Shown here in pieces: positions 21,603 to 31,934 of a stretch of DNA of 64,000 bases. Below the pieces are notes generated by a model. That model had not been told where the DNA came from and did not search any database. It saw only the letters and a program-made list of their open reading frames with translations. The first letter of the stretch is position 1; the number at the start of each line of letters is the position of its first letter. The DNA comes from an uncultured delta proteobacterium (GTDB taxonomy: Bacteria; Myxococcota_A; Polyangia; Polyangiales; Polyangiaceae), in contig CAWKKR010000001.1 of the NCBI GenBank assembly GCA_963850305.1, forward strand, positions 352,001-416,000, written 5' to 3'. The position numbers and the translations under genes were made by a program.

Positions 21603-22385
21603 GTGACCGATCCCGTCCTGCGAGTCGACCGTGGAGGTGCCATTGCGACCCTCACATTGAATCGCCCGTCGACGAAAAACGCTTTGAACCCGGAGCTCAT
21701 CGAGGCGCTGAGCGCCGCGCTCTCGGACGTGATGGAAGATCCGACAGTTCGAGTGGTCGTCCTCGCCGGGGCTGGCGGCGCATTTTGCTCCGGCGCGGAC
21801 CTCAAAGCCGGCATGGTCGGCGATGGATCGGGCGATATCGATCGCCGCATCGACGATCTCCACGCTTTGATCCGGAAGATCGTGGGTGCACCGAAGCCAT
21901 TCATCGCGGCCGTCGATGGTGCCGCCGTGGGGTTCGGGTGCGATCTCGCGCTTGCCTGCGATCTGCGAGTGCTCTCCACCTTCGGGTATCTTCAGGAGAT
22001 CTTCGTGAAGATCGGGCTCATGCCGGACGGAGGCGGAACGTTCTGGGTGCCGCGTCTCGTCGGACTTGGACGCGCAATGGAGTATCTGATGCTTGGAACG
22101 CGGATCGACGCGGCCCTGGCTCGGGAGGTTGGTCTGGCAAATAGAGTGGTCGCTCCGGAGGAGCTCGGACGGGAGGTCACCAGTCTGGCGGAACAGCTTG
22201 CGAAGGGTCCTCCGCTGGCACTCCAGCGAATCAAGAAGTCGGTGCGGGATGGACTGACGGGGAGCGTCGATCAGGCATTGGCCCGCGAGAAAGCCAACCA
22301 GCTGGAGCTCCTCAGGACTCAGGACCTCACCGAGGGCATCATCGCCTGGGCTCAGCGTCGCGAGCCGGTCTTCCGCGGTGAGTGA
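21603..22385 (+). CDS. Enoyl-CoA hydratase/isomerase
   Basis: LNRP..KNAL, FCSGADL, AVGFGCDLALACD. Confidence 0.92.
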   Translation: MTDPVLRVDRGGAIATLTLNRPSTKNALNPELIEALSAALSDVMEDPTVRVVVLAGAGGAFCSGADLKAGMVGDGSGDIDRRIDDLHALIRKIVGAPKPFIAAVDGAAVGFGCDLALACDLRVLSTFGYLQEIFVKIGLMPDGGGTFWVPRLVGLGRAMEYLMLGTRIDAALAREVGLANRVVAPEELGREVTSLAEQLAKGPPLALQRIKKSVRDGLTGSVDQALAREKANQLELLRTQDLTEGIIAWAQRREPVFRGE

Positions 22386-22404
22386 GGCCGAGGCTCGGCG
22401 ACAG

Positions 22405-23355
22405 TCAGAACAGGTACCGTTCGCCCGAGTCGCACAGGATCGTGACAACGTTCCCCCCGGGAAACCGCTTCGCGACTTCGATCGACGCTTGGACATTCGC
22501 ACCCGACGAGGGGCCAACGAGCAGCCCCTCTTCGCGGGCGAGCCGCCTCGTCATCCGCTCGGCAGCGACATCGGTGACGGTCATGACCTCGTCGATGACC
22601 GAACGGTCAAGGATCTTCGGTATGAAGCCTGCCCCCAATCCCTGAATGCCATGCATGCCCGGAGGTTTGCCGCTGAGCACCGCGCTCTGGGAGGGTTCCA
22701 CGGCAACGACCAGCGCGGCTCGGCCGAGCCGCTGCCGCAGCGCTCGCCCGACGCCAGTTATGGTTCCACCGGTACCGACGCCGGCGATGAATGCATCGAG
22801 CGCGCCGTTCATCTGTTCGAGGATCTCCGGTGCCGTGCCGCGCTCGTGTGCCTCAGCGTTCGCGGGATTCTCGAACTGACTCGGCATGAACGCGCCGGTG
22901 GTGCTCCCTACTAGATCCCGCGCGCGATTCACCGCGCCGGTCATGCCTTCCGCTGCCGGCGTGAGAACGATCTCGGCGCCGTACGCCTTCAAGATGTAAC
23001 GGCGTTCCACGCTCATGTCCTCGGGCATGACGAGCGTGCACTGGTAACCCCTGGTGGCTGCGATCATCGCCAGGCTGATCCCCGTGTTGCCACTGGTCGC
23101 TTCCACGATGGTCGCGCCCGGCGCGATCTTCTTGTCGCGTTCCGCGACAGTGATCATTTGAAGCGCCGGGCGATCCTTCACGCTGCCGCCAGGATTCAGG
23201 AATTCTGCTTTCGCCCAGACCGCCGCGCCTCCCTCGGGGCTCAGCCGTGCGAGGCGTACCAGTGGAGTCTGGCCGACGAGCTTGAGGCTTCCGTCGCCGA
23301 CGATGGGCGCCCGGGCCTCGCGCCCGCGACGATCGCCATCCGTGGAAGCGGTCAT
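22405..23355 (-). CDS. cysK: Cysteine synthase A
   Basis: NPGGSVKDR, EATSGNTG, GTGGT, HGIQGLGAG, DSGERYL. Confidence 0.93.
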   Translation of the reverse strand: MTASTDGDRRGREARAPIVGDGSLKLVGQTPLVRLARLSPEGGAAVWAKAEFLNPGGSVKDRPALQMITVAERDKKIAPGATIVEATSGNTGISLAMIAATRGYQCTLVMPEDMSVERRYILKAYGAEIVLTPAAEGMTGAVNRARDLVGSTTGAFMPSQFENPANAEAHERGTAPEILEQMNGALDAFIAGVGTGGTITGVGRALRQRLGRAALVVAVEPSQSAVLSGKPPGMHGIQGLGAGFIPKILDRSVIDEVMTVTDVAAERMTRRLAREEGLLVGPSSGANVQASIEVAKRFPGGNVVTILCDSGERYLF

Positions 23356-23407
23356 GAGAGTCGAGGATAACCCGCGCCGAGCGCGATACCAACGCCAGGC
23401 GGAGCTT

Positions 23408-24319
23408 TCAGCGGGTCGGCTCGACGACTTCTGCGGCAGCCCCGCCCACGTTCAGCCGCGTTCCGGGAGCAGCCGCAGCGGCGAAGATCGAGGCAATGGC
23501 GATGGGGCCGCCCCAAAGCGGGCTCTCCGCGGCGCTTCGTGTCTCTCCTGCCAGGGCCCCGTCGGGACCAAACACCGATGTTCCCGAAGGAGGAGGCGAC
23601 CCGGCCTCGATTCGTAGAAGAACGAGACGCTTCTTTACCTTGCCGCGCTTGTCTTGCATGAAGACAGCTTCCTGGCCGAGATAGCAGCCCTTCGACCAGG
23701 AAACGGCACGCCGATCGAGCGACGCCTCGTGTGGATTCTGGTGTTCGTCCATGTCCGCGCCGAAGGTGGGGACGAGGCGCTCCACGCGTAGTTGCTGCCA
23801 CTCTTTGCATGACGCGACGGTACCTCCCAGCTCGACCACCTTGGCCTCGACCAGATCGGCGGTTCCGGCGGGGACCACCAGCGCTGCGCCCCCCAAACCC
23901 GTGATGTCGATCGACGCTGGTGTTGCGCCGACGGCACGGGCGACTTCTGCCGCGACCTCCGGGCTCCGCACGCCGTGCAAGGTGAACCACCGAAAGCGGT
24001 CGGACACGTCGCTGAGCTCGGCGTCCTCCATGACAAGGAAACTCCTGAAAGTGTCGCAGATGCGATGAAGTGCCAACCGAGGGATGCCGAGGTGTACGGA
24101 TTTCTGGGTCGGCGCGACCAGCACGTCCGCCAAGATCTTCCCCTGCCGGGTCAGCGCGAGCCCCCATCGGCCGTCCCCCTCCGCAATGGAAGCGACGTCA
24201 GCCGTCAAGAGACCTTGCAACCAACCCAGGCGGTCCCGTCCGGTAACGTCGAGCGTCCCCCGCTCCGGCATCTGCACGACAACGGCACCGCTCCGCGCGG
24301 CCAAATCGAGATCCGTCAC
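23408..24319 (-). CDS. ygfZ: Folate-binding protein YgfZ/GcvT family
   Basis: KGCYLGQE signature. Confidence 0.88.
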   Translation of the reverse strand: MTDLDLAARSGAVVVQMPERGTLDVTGRDRLGWLQGLLTADVASIAEGDGRWGLALTRQGKILADVLVAPTQKSVHLGIPRLALHRICDTFRSFLVMEDAELSDVSDRFRWFTLHGVRSPEVAAEVARAVGATPASIDITGLGGAALVVPAGTADLVEAKVVELGGTVASCKEWQQLRVERLVPTFGADMDEHQNPHEASLDRRAVSWSKGCYLGQEAVFMQDKRGKVKKRLVLLRIEAGSPPPSGTSVFGPDGALAGETRSAAESPLWGGPIAIASIFAAAAAPGTRLNVGGAAAEVVEPTR

Positions 24320-24363
24320 TCGACTAGAGTGGCGGCGTTACGCGATCGAGTCAACGGCGCGGT

Positions 24364-25161
24364 TCACTTGACCGGGACGCCCTCATCGGAGAGCGGATAG
24401 ATGACACCGTCTTTGACTTTCACGTTTCGCTCGACCCCGTCCGAGCCTCGAAGCAGAAGCTCGACTCCCAGCTGAGCGTTGGCATTGATGAGGCTCTGGG
24501 CCTCACCCTCTTCCATGTCGCGGACCCTTTTTTGCTGAATCTCCACCAGTTCGTCCCCCGGCTTGATTCCCGCGCGCGACGCGGGTGATTCCGCGAGCAC
24601 GCGAGTGACAGCGATACTCTCCGTGCGAAGCTCGTAGAGAAACCCGAGGCCCCATTCCGGGTGCGCCGGCTCCACACGGAGCTTCACGTGCGCGCCGCTC
24701 TCGCACTCGATGTCCGTCGCTTCCGGACCCACGAGCGACGTCAAACCGTGGACCTTCTCGAGACAGATGGGGTGATTGTTGATGGGGTTACTGTCCCAGA
24801 CTTCGACACGAACACGCGCATCGGGCGGGATGCGGTAGTTCGCAAGGGTCTGGTCAGGCCATGTCGGAGAGAGAGTGTTCGCCTGGATGGGAGTGCGCAC
24901 GATCTCACGATCGTTGATGAACAGGATCGCGAACGGATCTGGCAAGCTGCCGCCTAGGCTGTCCCACTTGCGGCCATCCGGGGTCAATGGCGGGATCTCG
25001 GCACCTGCAAAAGCGATGAAAAGGACATCGTGAGGCGGCGGCGGCGTAAGCTCACGACCGGTGGGCGGCGTCCGGACGGGCGGGGATATCTCCGGGAAGA
25101 CGGCGCCGCACGACACGACCAAGAAAAACGCAACCAGCGGACGCCAGGAAACACTCATCAA
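24364..25161 (-). CDS. Lipoprotein with C2-like and PDZ domains
   Basis: LVVSC lipobox; PDPF...RT...NTLSPTW...VEVWD (C2); GLGF...SPASRAGIKPGD (PDZ). Confidence 0.75.
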   Translation of the reverse strand: MMSVSWRPLVAFFLVVSCGAVFPEISPPVRTPPTGRELTPPPPHDVLFIAFAGAEIPPLTPDGRKWDSLGGSLPDPFAILFINDREIVRTPIQANTLSPTWPDQTLANYRIPPDARVRVEVWDSNPINNHPICLEKVHGLTSLVGPEATDIECESGAHVKLRVEPAHPEWGLGFLYELRTESIAVTRVLAESPASRAGIKPGDELVEIQQKRVRDMEEGEAQSLINANAQLGVELLLRGSDGVERNVKVKDGVIYPLSDEGVPVK

Positions 25162-25197
25162 CCACGAGGCTATCCCATCGAGTCCGGCGCCGGCAAC

Positions 25198-25956
25198 CTA
25201 ACGGGACCCCGGCAAGGACCCGACCTCGAATCCGCTCGCCAACCGCAACGCGTCCGCGTCTGCCACGCAGGCCGTGTTCGTCGGATCCAGACCGAGAGCG
25301 ACCAGGCCTCCAGCGAGTATTCGCGCCGTCATCGAGCCATAACGGTATCGGATCCGCGAGGCGCCAAGCCGGCCCGCCCACCCGAGCAGGCCATCGACCA
25401 CGGCCGCAGCTGCGCGCTCGACGCGTCTCGGCTCGGCTCTATCGGGTCCCGTCACGAAGGCAGGACGGCCGATCACGAAGGGCAATCCGCTGGCGCGCAG
25501 CTCCGACTCCAGTCTGAGGCGCGCGGCGTAGTAGGGGTTCGTCGACGGCTGGCCAGCACCGAGAGCCGACAGGTAGACGAAGCGGGGTCGCGACCCGCAC
25601 GCAACACAGGCCGAGAGCAGCAACGCCGTGAGACCGTAGTCGACGGTGTCGTAAGACTCGGCGAGTCCGTCTCGCGCGCGCGTCGCGCGCATTCGAGCCC
25701 GCGTCGTCCCGAGCAGCCCGAACACGAGTGTCGGGCCGAGACGCGAGAGGGTCGCTGCAAAGGAGGTCGCGTCCCAAGCTGTCGAATCGACGGTCGCGCC
25801 GTCACCGGTCAGCTCTCGACTGACCCGCCCGAACTCGCGAGCGTCAGGTCGCACGTGTGCGATCGTCTCCACGCGGCGTGCGACGAGCTGCCGAACCACT
25901 TCGCGACCGGTGTAGCCGGTTGCCCCCGCGACGAACGCAATCGACAAGGGACGCAC
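25198..25956 (-). CDS. NAD(P)H-binding oxidoreductase (atypical SDR)
   Basis: GATGYTG, YLSALGA, YYAAR. Confidence 0.82.
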   Translation of the reverse strand: MRPLSIAFVAGATGYTGREVVRQLVARRVETIAHVRPDAREFGRVSRELTGDGATVDSTAWDATSFAATLSRLGPTLVFGLLGTTRARMRATRARDGLAESYDTVDYGLTALLLSACVACGSRPRFVYLSALGAGQPSTNPYYAARLRLESELRASGLPFVIGRPAFVTGPDRAEPRRVERAAAAVVDGLLGWAGRLGASRIRYRYGSMTARILAGGLVALGLDPTNTACVADADALRLASGFEVGSLPGSR

Positions 25957-26098
25957 CCAACCTTTCGCGGCGCCGGGAAGTGAGGTTCACCGTTATACTC
26001 GAAGTTGCGCGTGGAGTGACGGGGACTGGCTCCGTTTCGACCCGCGGATTTCGGGGTGCGAGACCGGCGAAGGGGCATTATCATGGGATCTAGAGATC

Positions 26099-26935
26099 AT
26101 GGCTCGTATGTTCGGCTTCATCGGCAATCGCGCGGATCTCGGTGCACGCGTCCTCGCGCTACACGCAGACGTATTGAAGATCCCGGTTCTCGCAGCAGAC
26201 GGGCCGATGGGCTGGGGCATGGGGTTCTATCAAGCCGGCGAAGTATTGCTCCGGCGGCGGCCCATCGACGAGCGCGAAATCATCGATCTCACGCCCGTGG
26301 TGGAGGGGATCCGAACGGACATCCTCATCGGGCACGTACGCAAACCAACCGTTGGTGGGCTGCGGACGGAGAACACGCACCCGTTTCGCTACCGGCAGTG
26401 GCTATTTGCGCAGACGGGAACAATCGGCGGATTTTCGATGCTGCGGGACCGTCTCCTCCAATCCCTGCCTGAATTCTTGCGACGAAATGTCCGCGGCGAC
26501 ACGGACAGCGAGCTATTTTTCTACTTGTTTCTTTCGTTCCTGCATGACGCTGGCCACCTCGCAGATGGCCAGGTGGCGCCGGAGCACATTCGGGCGGCGC
26601 TGCGCGCCTCCATTTCGCTGGTGGACCGGCTCTCCGCCGAGGAGGGTTATCCCCGCAATACGGGCGACCTTCTGGTCACGAACGGGGAGTTCCTGGTCGG
26701 GATGCACCGCGGCGAAGAGCAGATGGCTTATCGCGTCTTGAACGGCCGCCACGACGTCGAGGGGCTCCTTGGCGATGACGGCATGCAGCAAGCCAGAATC
26801 CCCAACGTCGACACGACCCACTTTTCCATCGTCGCAAGCGGACTCGAGCGGATCCCGAAGGGCTGGAAGACCATCGCGGAGCGGGCGTTCTTCGCCATGA
26901 ACCGCACGGACGAGCCTTCTTTCGAGTCCATCTGA
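26099..26935 (+). CDS. Class II glutamine amidotransferase-like protein (YafJ/EgtC fold)
   Basis: GWGMGFY, GHVRK, ENTHPF, GDTDSE; N-terminal Cys replaced by Ala. Confidence 0.85.
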   Translation: MARMFGFIGNRADLGARVLALHADVLKIPVLAADGPMGWGMGFYQAGEVLLRRRPIDEREIIDLTPVVEGIRTDILIGHVRKPTVGGLRTENTHPFRYRQWLFAQTGTIGGFSMLRDRLLQSLPEFLRRNVRGDTDSELFFYLFLSFLHDAGHLADGQVAPEHIRAALRASISLVDRLSAEEGYPRNTGDLLVTNGEFLVGMHRGEEQMAYRVLNGRHDVEGLLGDDGMQQARIPNVDTTHFSIVASGLERIPKGWKTIAERAFFAMNRTDEPSFESI

Positions 26936-26937
26936 TC

Positions 26938-27585
26938 ATGCCGGGGAAAGCGCCCGGATGCCGCAATGTCCGAGGATGGGCCGGATGCGGGCTCCTTGCC
27001 GTGTGGGTTGCAGTAGCCTGCGGGCAGGCGTCGTTGCGAGAGCCGACATCGAGCGCGGCGGAAACTAGAAGGCCCGCTGGCGTCGCGGTCGACCTGCCGT
27101 TCATACTGCCGAACGCATCGGCGTCCGCGACGCCCGACGACGGTCTGACGGTACTGGCCGCGCCCACGGATCCGGCACCCGTGCGCCGGGTTGTCGCGGC
27201 ATTTTTCGACGCGGTCGTCGCCGAGTCTCCGGGAGCCCTGGAGCGTCTGCTGGAGCGGTCGGCCCGCATCAGGACCGCCCCCGGAACCCACCCGGACGGC
27301 GCATTTGCCGCGTGGCGACGCCGTTTCGACCGGCTCGATTACTCGTCGCTAGGGTCCCGTGTCCTCTATCTGCCGTCGAACGTCGAGGTGCGGGCCGCCA
27401 GCGATGGGACCCAGCGGTTCGCCGGCGTGGCTCCGGGCGAAAATGAGGTAGTGGTTTTGGTGCCCATGCTCGAGACGGATAACCGGTTCTTCGGCCCCGA
27501 GATCGTATTTTTGCTCCGGAGGGGCCGAGACGGTTACAAGAATCGCCGAGCTGTTCGAGGACTTTCGGCTACCGTGAGGGACTAG
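26938..27585 (+). CDS. Hypothetical lipoprotein
   Basis: VAVAC lipobox; C-terminus may be YKIAELFEDFRLP* (27577) if A27541 is an insertion. Confidence 0.6.
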   Translation: MPGKAPGCRNVRGWAGCGLLAVWVAVACGQASLREPTSSAAETRRPAGVAVDLPFILPNASASATPDDGLTVLAAPTDPAPVRRVVAAFFDAVVAESPGALERLLERSARIRTAPGTHPDGAFAAWRRRFDRLDYSSLGSRVLYLPSNVEVRAASDGTQRFAGVAPGENEVVVLVPMLETDNRFFGPEIVFLLRRGRDGYKNRRAVRGLSATVRD

Positions 27586-27594
27586 GGATTCGGA

Positions 27595-28434
27595 ATGCAA
27601 CAAGGGCCATTGAGCTGCTGGCAATGCGGGACTGTGCTCTCGGCAGCAGGAGGCCGGTGTCCCGCCTGCGGCGCAGAGCAACCCCCGGAGCCCGCCCCGA
27701 ATTCGGCACGCATAACGCAGAGCCCTGGCGTTCGCATCCTTCGAGACCCCGACGATCGTGAGCGCAGCGAACACAATCGCGCGCGAAGGACGCTTCCCTG
27801 GATCGTGCTGGCGGTCGGACTTACGGCCATTGGACTGGTCGGAGTGCTCCTCAGTCCCCACGGAGCGCGCGTCCAGTCCGCGACGGCCTCGTCACCGAAA
27901 CCCGTCTCTGTCGGGGTCCCCGTTCGCCCGATAGACCCGAACGATCTCGGGATCGCAAACACGAAGTACGTCGATCCGACCGATGTCCTCGGGCGGGCGC
28001 GCCCGCGAGCGCTCGCTTGGAGCAAAGACGCGATGCTCGTCGGTATCCACGCGCAACCCGTCCTTGGCGGGCACGTCAATCTAGCGAACGGCGGCGCAAT
28101 CGAGTGCATATACGGGAAACCGACAGGGGAAGGATTCGGCCCGGGAGCAAGAGTTGCGGGGAAGCGCCTGCGCATCGCGACGAGCAGAACCGGGACGACA
28201 ATCGCCGAGACGGCGGCAGGAGGGTCGCGAGCCTCGCTGGAACCGAACTGCCCACTCGATGAAGCCATCCGCCGAGCGCAGGCCGCCGGAATTCGCGCGG
28301 ACGCACCACTGGCGGTTGCTTATGAGTACAGCGAGCGGCATCAGAAAGCCATTTGGCGAATCGCGGCGATCGGCACGGACGAAACCGAGACCCGCACCGT
28401 GGACGGCTGGACTTGCGCCATCCTCGTTCGCTAA
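27595..28434 (+). CDS. Zinc-ribbon membrane protein
   Basis: CWQC...CPAC, one TM helix (LPWIVLAVGL...), periplasmic domain. Confidence 0.7.
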   Translation: MQQGPLSCWQCGTVLSAAGGRCPACGAEQPPEPAPNSARITQSPGVRILRDPDDRERSEHNRARRTLPWIVLAVGLTAIGLVGVLLSPHGARVQSATASSPKPVSVGVPVRPIDPNDLGIANTKYVDPTDVLGRARPRALAWSKDAMLVGIHAQPVLGGHVNLANGGAIECIYGKPTGEGFGPGARVAGKRLRIATSRTGTTIAETAAGGSRASLEPNCPLDEAIRRAQAAGIRADAPLAVAYEYSERHQKAIWRIAAIGTDETETRTVDGWTCAILVR

Positions 28435-28446
28435 GGGGGTTCGCGC

Positions 28447-29364
28447 TTAGAGTGCCCGCACGAAGGTCGGCGCGCTGGGCTTTTGCCCGAAAATGCCCTT
28501 GCGACGCGCCTCGCCCAATGCGCGCCAAGCGGCGCGATATCCACGCATTAGCAGCGCCCGCGCCGCAAACCGGTTGAGGTAATCGAACATACCAATATTC
28601 GGCGCAATATCGATGAACGTCGTGGTCGGATGCACGCGCGAATACAAATCGAGTCCCCTCTTTTCCTTCTCCGTCAGCATGATATTCAGGGATTGAGTCA
28701 TCACCTTCAGCGCCGTGAGTCGAGCGATGCTGCGCGTCGATTTCTTGGTGGGACGATAGATATTCGAGATCAAGACTACGTCGGCGCCCGCAGCAACGGC
28801 GATGTCCGCCGAGAGTGTTCGCGCAATCTCACCGTCCACGTGGTAGCGACCTTCGATTTCATATGGACGAAATAACCCAGGCACGCAGCACGAAGCCGCG
28901 ACGGCGCGACTTATCGGGGTTCGGGAGTCGTAGCCACGTCCGAAAACGACACGCTCGGCGCGGTCGATGTCGACGGCTGTGACCAGAACCAGCGGCTTCA
29001 CCTTTTCGAAGTCATTGATCGGGAGGTGACCAGCCAAATGGCGCTCGAAGCGGTCGATGGAAAGGGCCCCTGACAGCAAGTATCCGGGATCAAGGAAATC
29101 CCTCAGCTGGGGTAAGCCGGCAAATTCGACGCCGCGGAACCGAATGCCGTCGTGCCGGCGCCGCCAAGGTGGTCGGAACCCATCGATGAGCACGTCAAGC
29201 GGCATCCCCTGACCGTAAGTGGCGGCCACGATTGCTCCTGCGCTGGCGCCCACGAAAATGTCTGGCCTGATACCGAACTCCTCACAGGCCTTCAGGACCC
29301 CGAGGTGAGCAATACCCCGCGCTGCTCCCCCTGTTCCGACGAACGCAATCCTCAGCTTACGCAT
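28447..29364 (-). CDS. Patatin-like phospholipase
   Basis: GGAARG oxyanion loop, GASAG, AASCCVPG, VDGE. Confidence 0.88.
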   Translation of the reverse strand: MRKLRIAFVGTGGAARGIAHLGVLKACEEFGIRPDIFVGASAGAIVAATYGQGMPLDVLIDGFRPPWRRRHDGIRFRGVEFAGLPQLRDFLDPGYLLSGALSIDRFERHLAGHLPINDFEKVKPLVLVTAVDIDRAERVVFGRGYDSRTPISRAVAASCCVPGLFRPYEIEGRYHVDGEIARTLSADIAVAAGADVVLISNIYRPTKKSTRSIARLTALKVMTQSLNIMLTEKEKRGLDLYSRVHPTTTFIDIAPNIGMFDYLNRFAARALLMRGYRAAWRALGEARRKGIFGQKPSAPTFVRAL

Positions 29365-29482
29365 TCTCTCCGAGTCCGTTCGCGGGTGCTCCTTCGCGGC
29401 GCTCCTGAACGGCACCACAGACTCATGTGCGACGCGATCGAGATCCGCGCGATGCTGCGCAGATATTCAGCGCGCGATCGGT

Positions 29483-29956
29483 TCACATGCCGGACAAGAT
29501 CAGGAAGCTATCCCCGTGTGGAACGAGCTCCAGCCGGTTGTCCGCGACGCGTCTCCTCCACTGCTCTCCGGTGGGGGACGGAATACGGTAGCTCGCCGTG
29601 TACGTGTAATCGACGAAGATGGTGTTTTTCCGTCCAGCGCTGACTCGCCGGTAGTGAATCTCGTACCGGATTCCCCGAGTGTCCTTGAACTCGCCGTTCA
29701 AGTAGTCTCGGAAGCCGGCGAGGTCGAGATCGTCGGAGGCGTCAATGTTACCGCCATCCTCATAATACCGCGGATCGGCCATCTTCAGCAGCAGCGGGAC
29801 GTTACGGGCCTCGACCGCGTGGCGATATTGTTCGCAAAATTCGACGATGCGCCGGTTGGTGTCCGTATCCTCGACGTCCGTATTCGGGATGTACTGGGTC
29901 GCGCATGCCGAAAGGGTGCCGAGCACCAGGCACAAGACCACCACGCGAGACGTCAT
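29483..29956 (-). CDS. Lipoprotein, possibly NTF2-like
   Basis: TLSAC lipobox; helix-helix-beta pattern ending LILSGM. Confidence 0.7.
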   Translation of the reverse strand: MTSRVVVLCLVLGTLSACATQYIPNTDVEDTDTNRRIVEFCEQYRHAVEARNVPLLLKMADPRYYEDGGNIDASDDLDLAGFRDYLNGEFKDTRGIRYEIHYRRVSAGRKNTIFVDYTYTASYRIPSPTGEQWRRRVADNRLELVPHGDSFLILSGM

Positions 29957-30038
29957 TCGGCCCAAGAACGCGCAGCGGGGTCGGGTCATTCCGCGGGCGG
30001 ACAGTGCCAGAGTCTTTGCTCGGGCCGCAAGTACGCCG

Positions 30039-31934
30039 TCATCCTCGACGAGCATCTCGAAGCTCTTCCAGAATTGCCAGAAAGGCGGGCCAGCCTGGTC
30101 GGGCGGCACCATGGAACCCATTCGATAGCCGGAAATTGGCGAGCGCCGAGGTCAGGCGGCCCCGGTCGAACCCGGCAAAAGACGACCGGCGCAGTACCGC
30201 GGCTGCGGCGCCATCCACGGGCGGCGTCCAGGCGGCCGCAGCGAAAAGGTCCTGAACTACGCCGCCAACGTGGTCCGCCGCGATCACAATCATGGCCTCT
30301 GCATCCCCGGCCCGGAGTAGATCCGAGGCAACCAGGAGCGCTTCGATCGGAGCCTCGGGACCCGCCCCCACGGAGAAACAGGGACCGAGGAACCCGAACG
30401 CAATGGAGCACTGCCCTGGGGGTACGTTCGGGGATGTCGGAGGGAAGCGGCGCGGACGGGCCCCAGGGGCGCCTCGTCCACGCAGCCCATCAGCAAATGA
30501 TTCGTCGTTCTCCAGCGTCGCCGCGATGGTGCCCATGGCGACACCGGTTCGGGCGAGGGGCAGCTCGGGAAGACCCAACTTGGCGAGCCGACCGAGTACC
30601 CCGGCAACTGCCGCAATGGCCGCCCCGGAAAGCGGGTCGACGCGCGATAGCTGCACGTCGGCCATGCGCGTTCGGTGGGCGACTGGGGAGAGATCTCGTG
30701 CGGTGACGGCTGCCCCAACTGCCACGACTTCGACATGCGAGGAGACGATGGGCGTGCCGCTGACCCGATCGCGTGCAAGGACGAGACTCGCGTTCGCACC
30801 ACCGAACGCCGCCGACAGTTTCAGCGCATGCCGCGGGTCGCCCGCAGCGTTCTCCGACAGAAGGTGGAAGCACACGTCGGGGTCGATCGGGCCTACACCT
30901 AGCGCCGCCGGGAATATGCCTCGGGCTAGTGCATCCAGCGACGCGGCCGCCTCGAGCGCGGAACTGGCGCCGAGGGTGTGACCGATGACGGCCTTGAACG
31001 GGTGCACCGGAAATGCGCGAGCACCGAAGACTCTCTTTAGCGCACGCGCTTCGGCGGCATCATTGAAACGCGTCGCGGTCGCGTGAGCGCTCACCAGATC
31101 GATCGCGCTCGCATCGAGGCCGGCATCGACGAGGGCAGATAGCGCGGCCCGGCCGAGCCCTCGTCCCTCGCGGTCGGGCGCCGTGACATGAACCGCGTCG
31201 GACGTCGCACCGAAGCCACGCACGAATCCGACTACCCGGGTGGCCGCCGCTGGCACGGCGCTCAACGCGAACAGAGCCGCTCCTTCGCCGAGCGACATGC
31301 CTTCGCGATCACGCCGGAACGGCGCGGGAGGCGCGCCAGAAGTAGCGCCCAATGACTCGAACCCGGCCGCCACGAATGTCGTCACCGCATCGTAGCCGCC
31401 AGCGATGACCAGGTCCGCCTCGTTGAGTTCGAGCCACCTGCATCCGATGCCGATCGCCATGCCGGACGAGGCACAGGCTGCCAGAACCTGGACGCGCACC
31501 ACCGGCGCAACGGGCAGCGCCGCGTCGAGCGCCGCGAGCGGGCCAAAATACGGGGTTGCTCGCGCCAACTCGCGCGGCACTTCCTGACCTCGATGGCGCA
31601 AAGAAAGCGCGCCCATGAGAGACTCCAGACCTCCTGACGACGTCCCGACGATGACCCCGATCCTGAGGTTTCGCCACGCCGGTAGCACGTCATCAAGGTC
31701 CCGGACGAGATCCTGCGTCACACGACCCAGAAGCCCGACGGCAGCGTCCCCCTCGAACGCGCCGCGGCGCGCCGTACGTGCAACCCAAGGCTTGGCGAGA
31801 CCTTCGTCCCGCAGGTCGGGGTCAAGCGCAATCTTCGTGTGCGGCGCGGCTCCGACGTGGCCGACCGAATACGCCTCCGCCCCGTGACCGAGCGCCGATT
31901 CAGCAGCGATCGCGATGACCGCGACGGCTCTCAC
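30039..31934 (-). CDS. Beta-ketoacyl synthase fused to CLF-like domain
   Basis: AACASS, HATAT, KAVIGHTLG; second KS-like half (RFPPTSPN...GPEAP) lacks the Cys. Confidence 0.85.
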   Translation of the reverse strand: MRAVAVIAIAAESALGHGAEAYSVGHVGAAPHTKIALDPDLRDEGLAKPWVARTARRGAFEGDAAVGLLGRVTQDLVRDLDDVLPAWRNLRIGVIVGTSSGGLESLMGALSLRHRGQEVPRELARATPYFGPLAALDAALPVAPVVRVQVLAACASSGMAIGIGCRWLELNEADLVIAGGYDAVTTFVAAGFESLGATSGAPPAPFRRDREGMSLGEGAALFALSAVPAAATRVVGFVRGFGATSDAVHVTAPDREGRGLGRAALSALVDAGLDASAIDLVSAHATATRFNDAAEARALKRVFGARAFPVHPFKAVIGHTLGASSALEAAASLDALARGIFPAALGVGPIDPDVCFHLLSENAAGDPRHALKLSAAFGGANASLVLARDRVSGTPIVSSHVEVVAVGAAVTARDLSPVAHRTRMADVQLSRVDPLSGAAIAAVAGVLGRLAKLGLPELPLARTGVAMGTIAATLENDESFADGLRGRGAPGARPRRFPPTSPNVPPGQCSIAFGFLGPCFSVGAGPEAPIEALLVASDLLRAGDAEAMIVIAADHVGGVVQDLFAAAAWTPPVDGAAAAVLRRSSFAGFDRGRLTSALANFRLSNGFHGAARPGWPAFLAILEELRDARRG

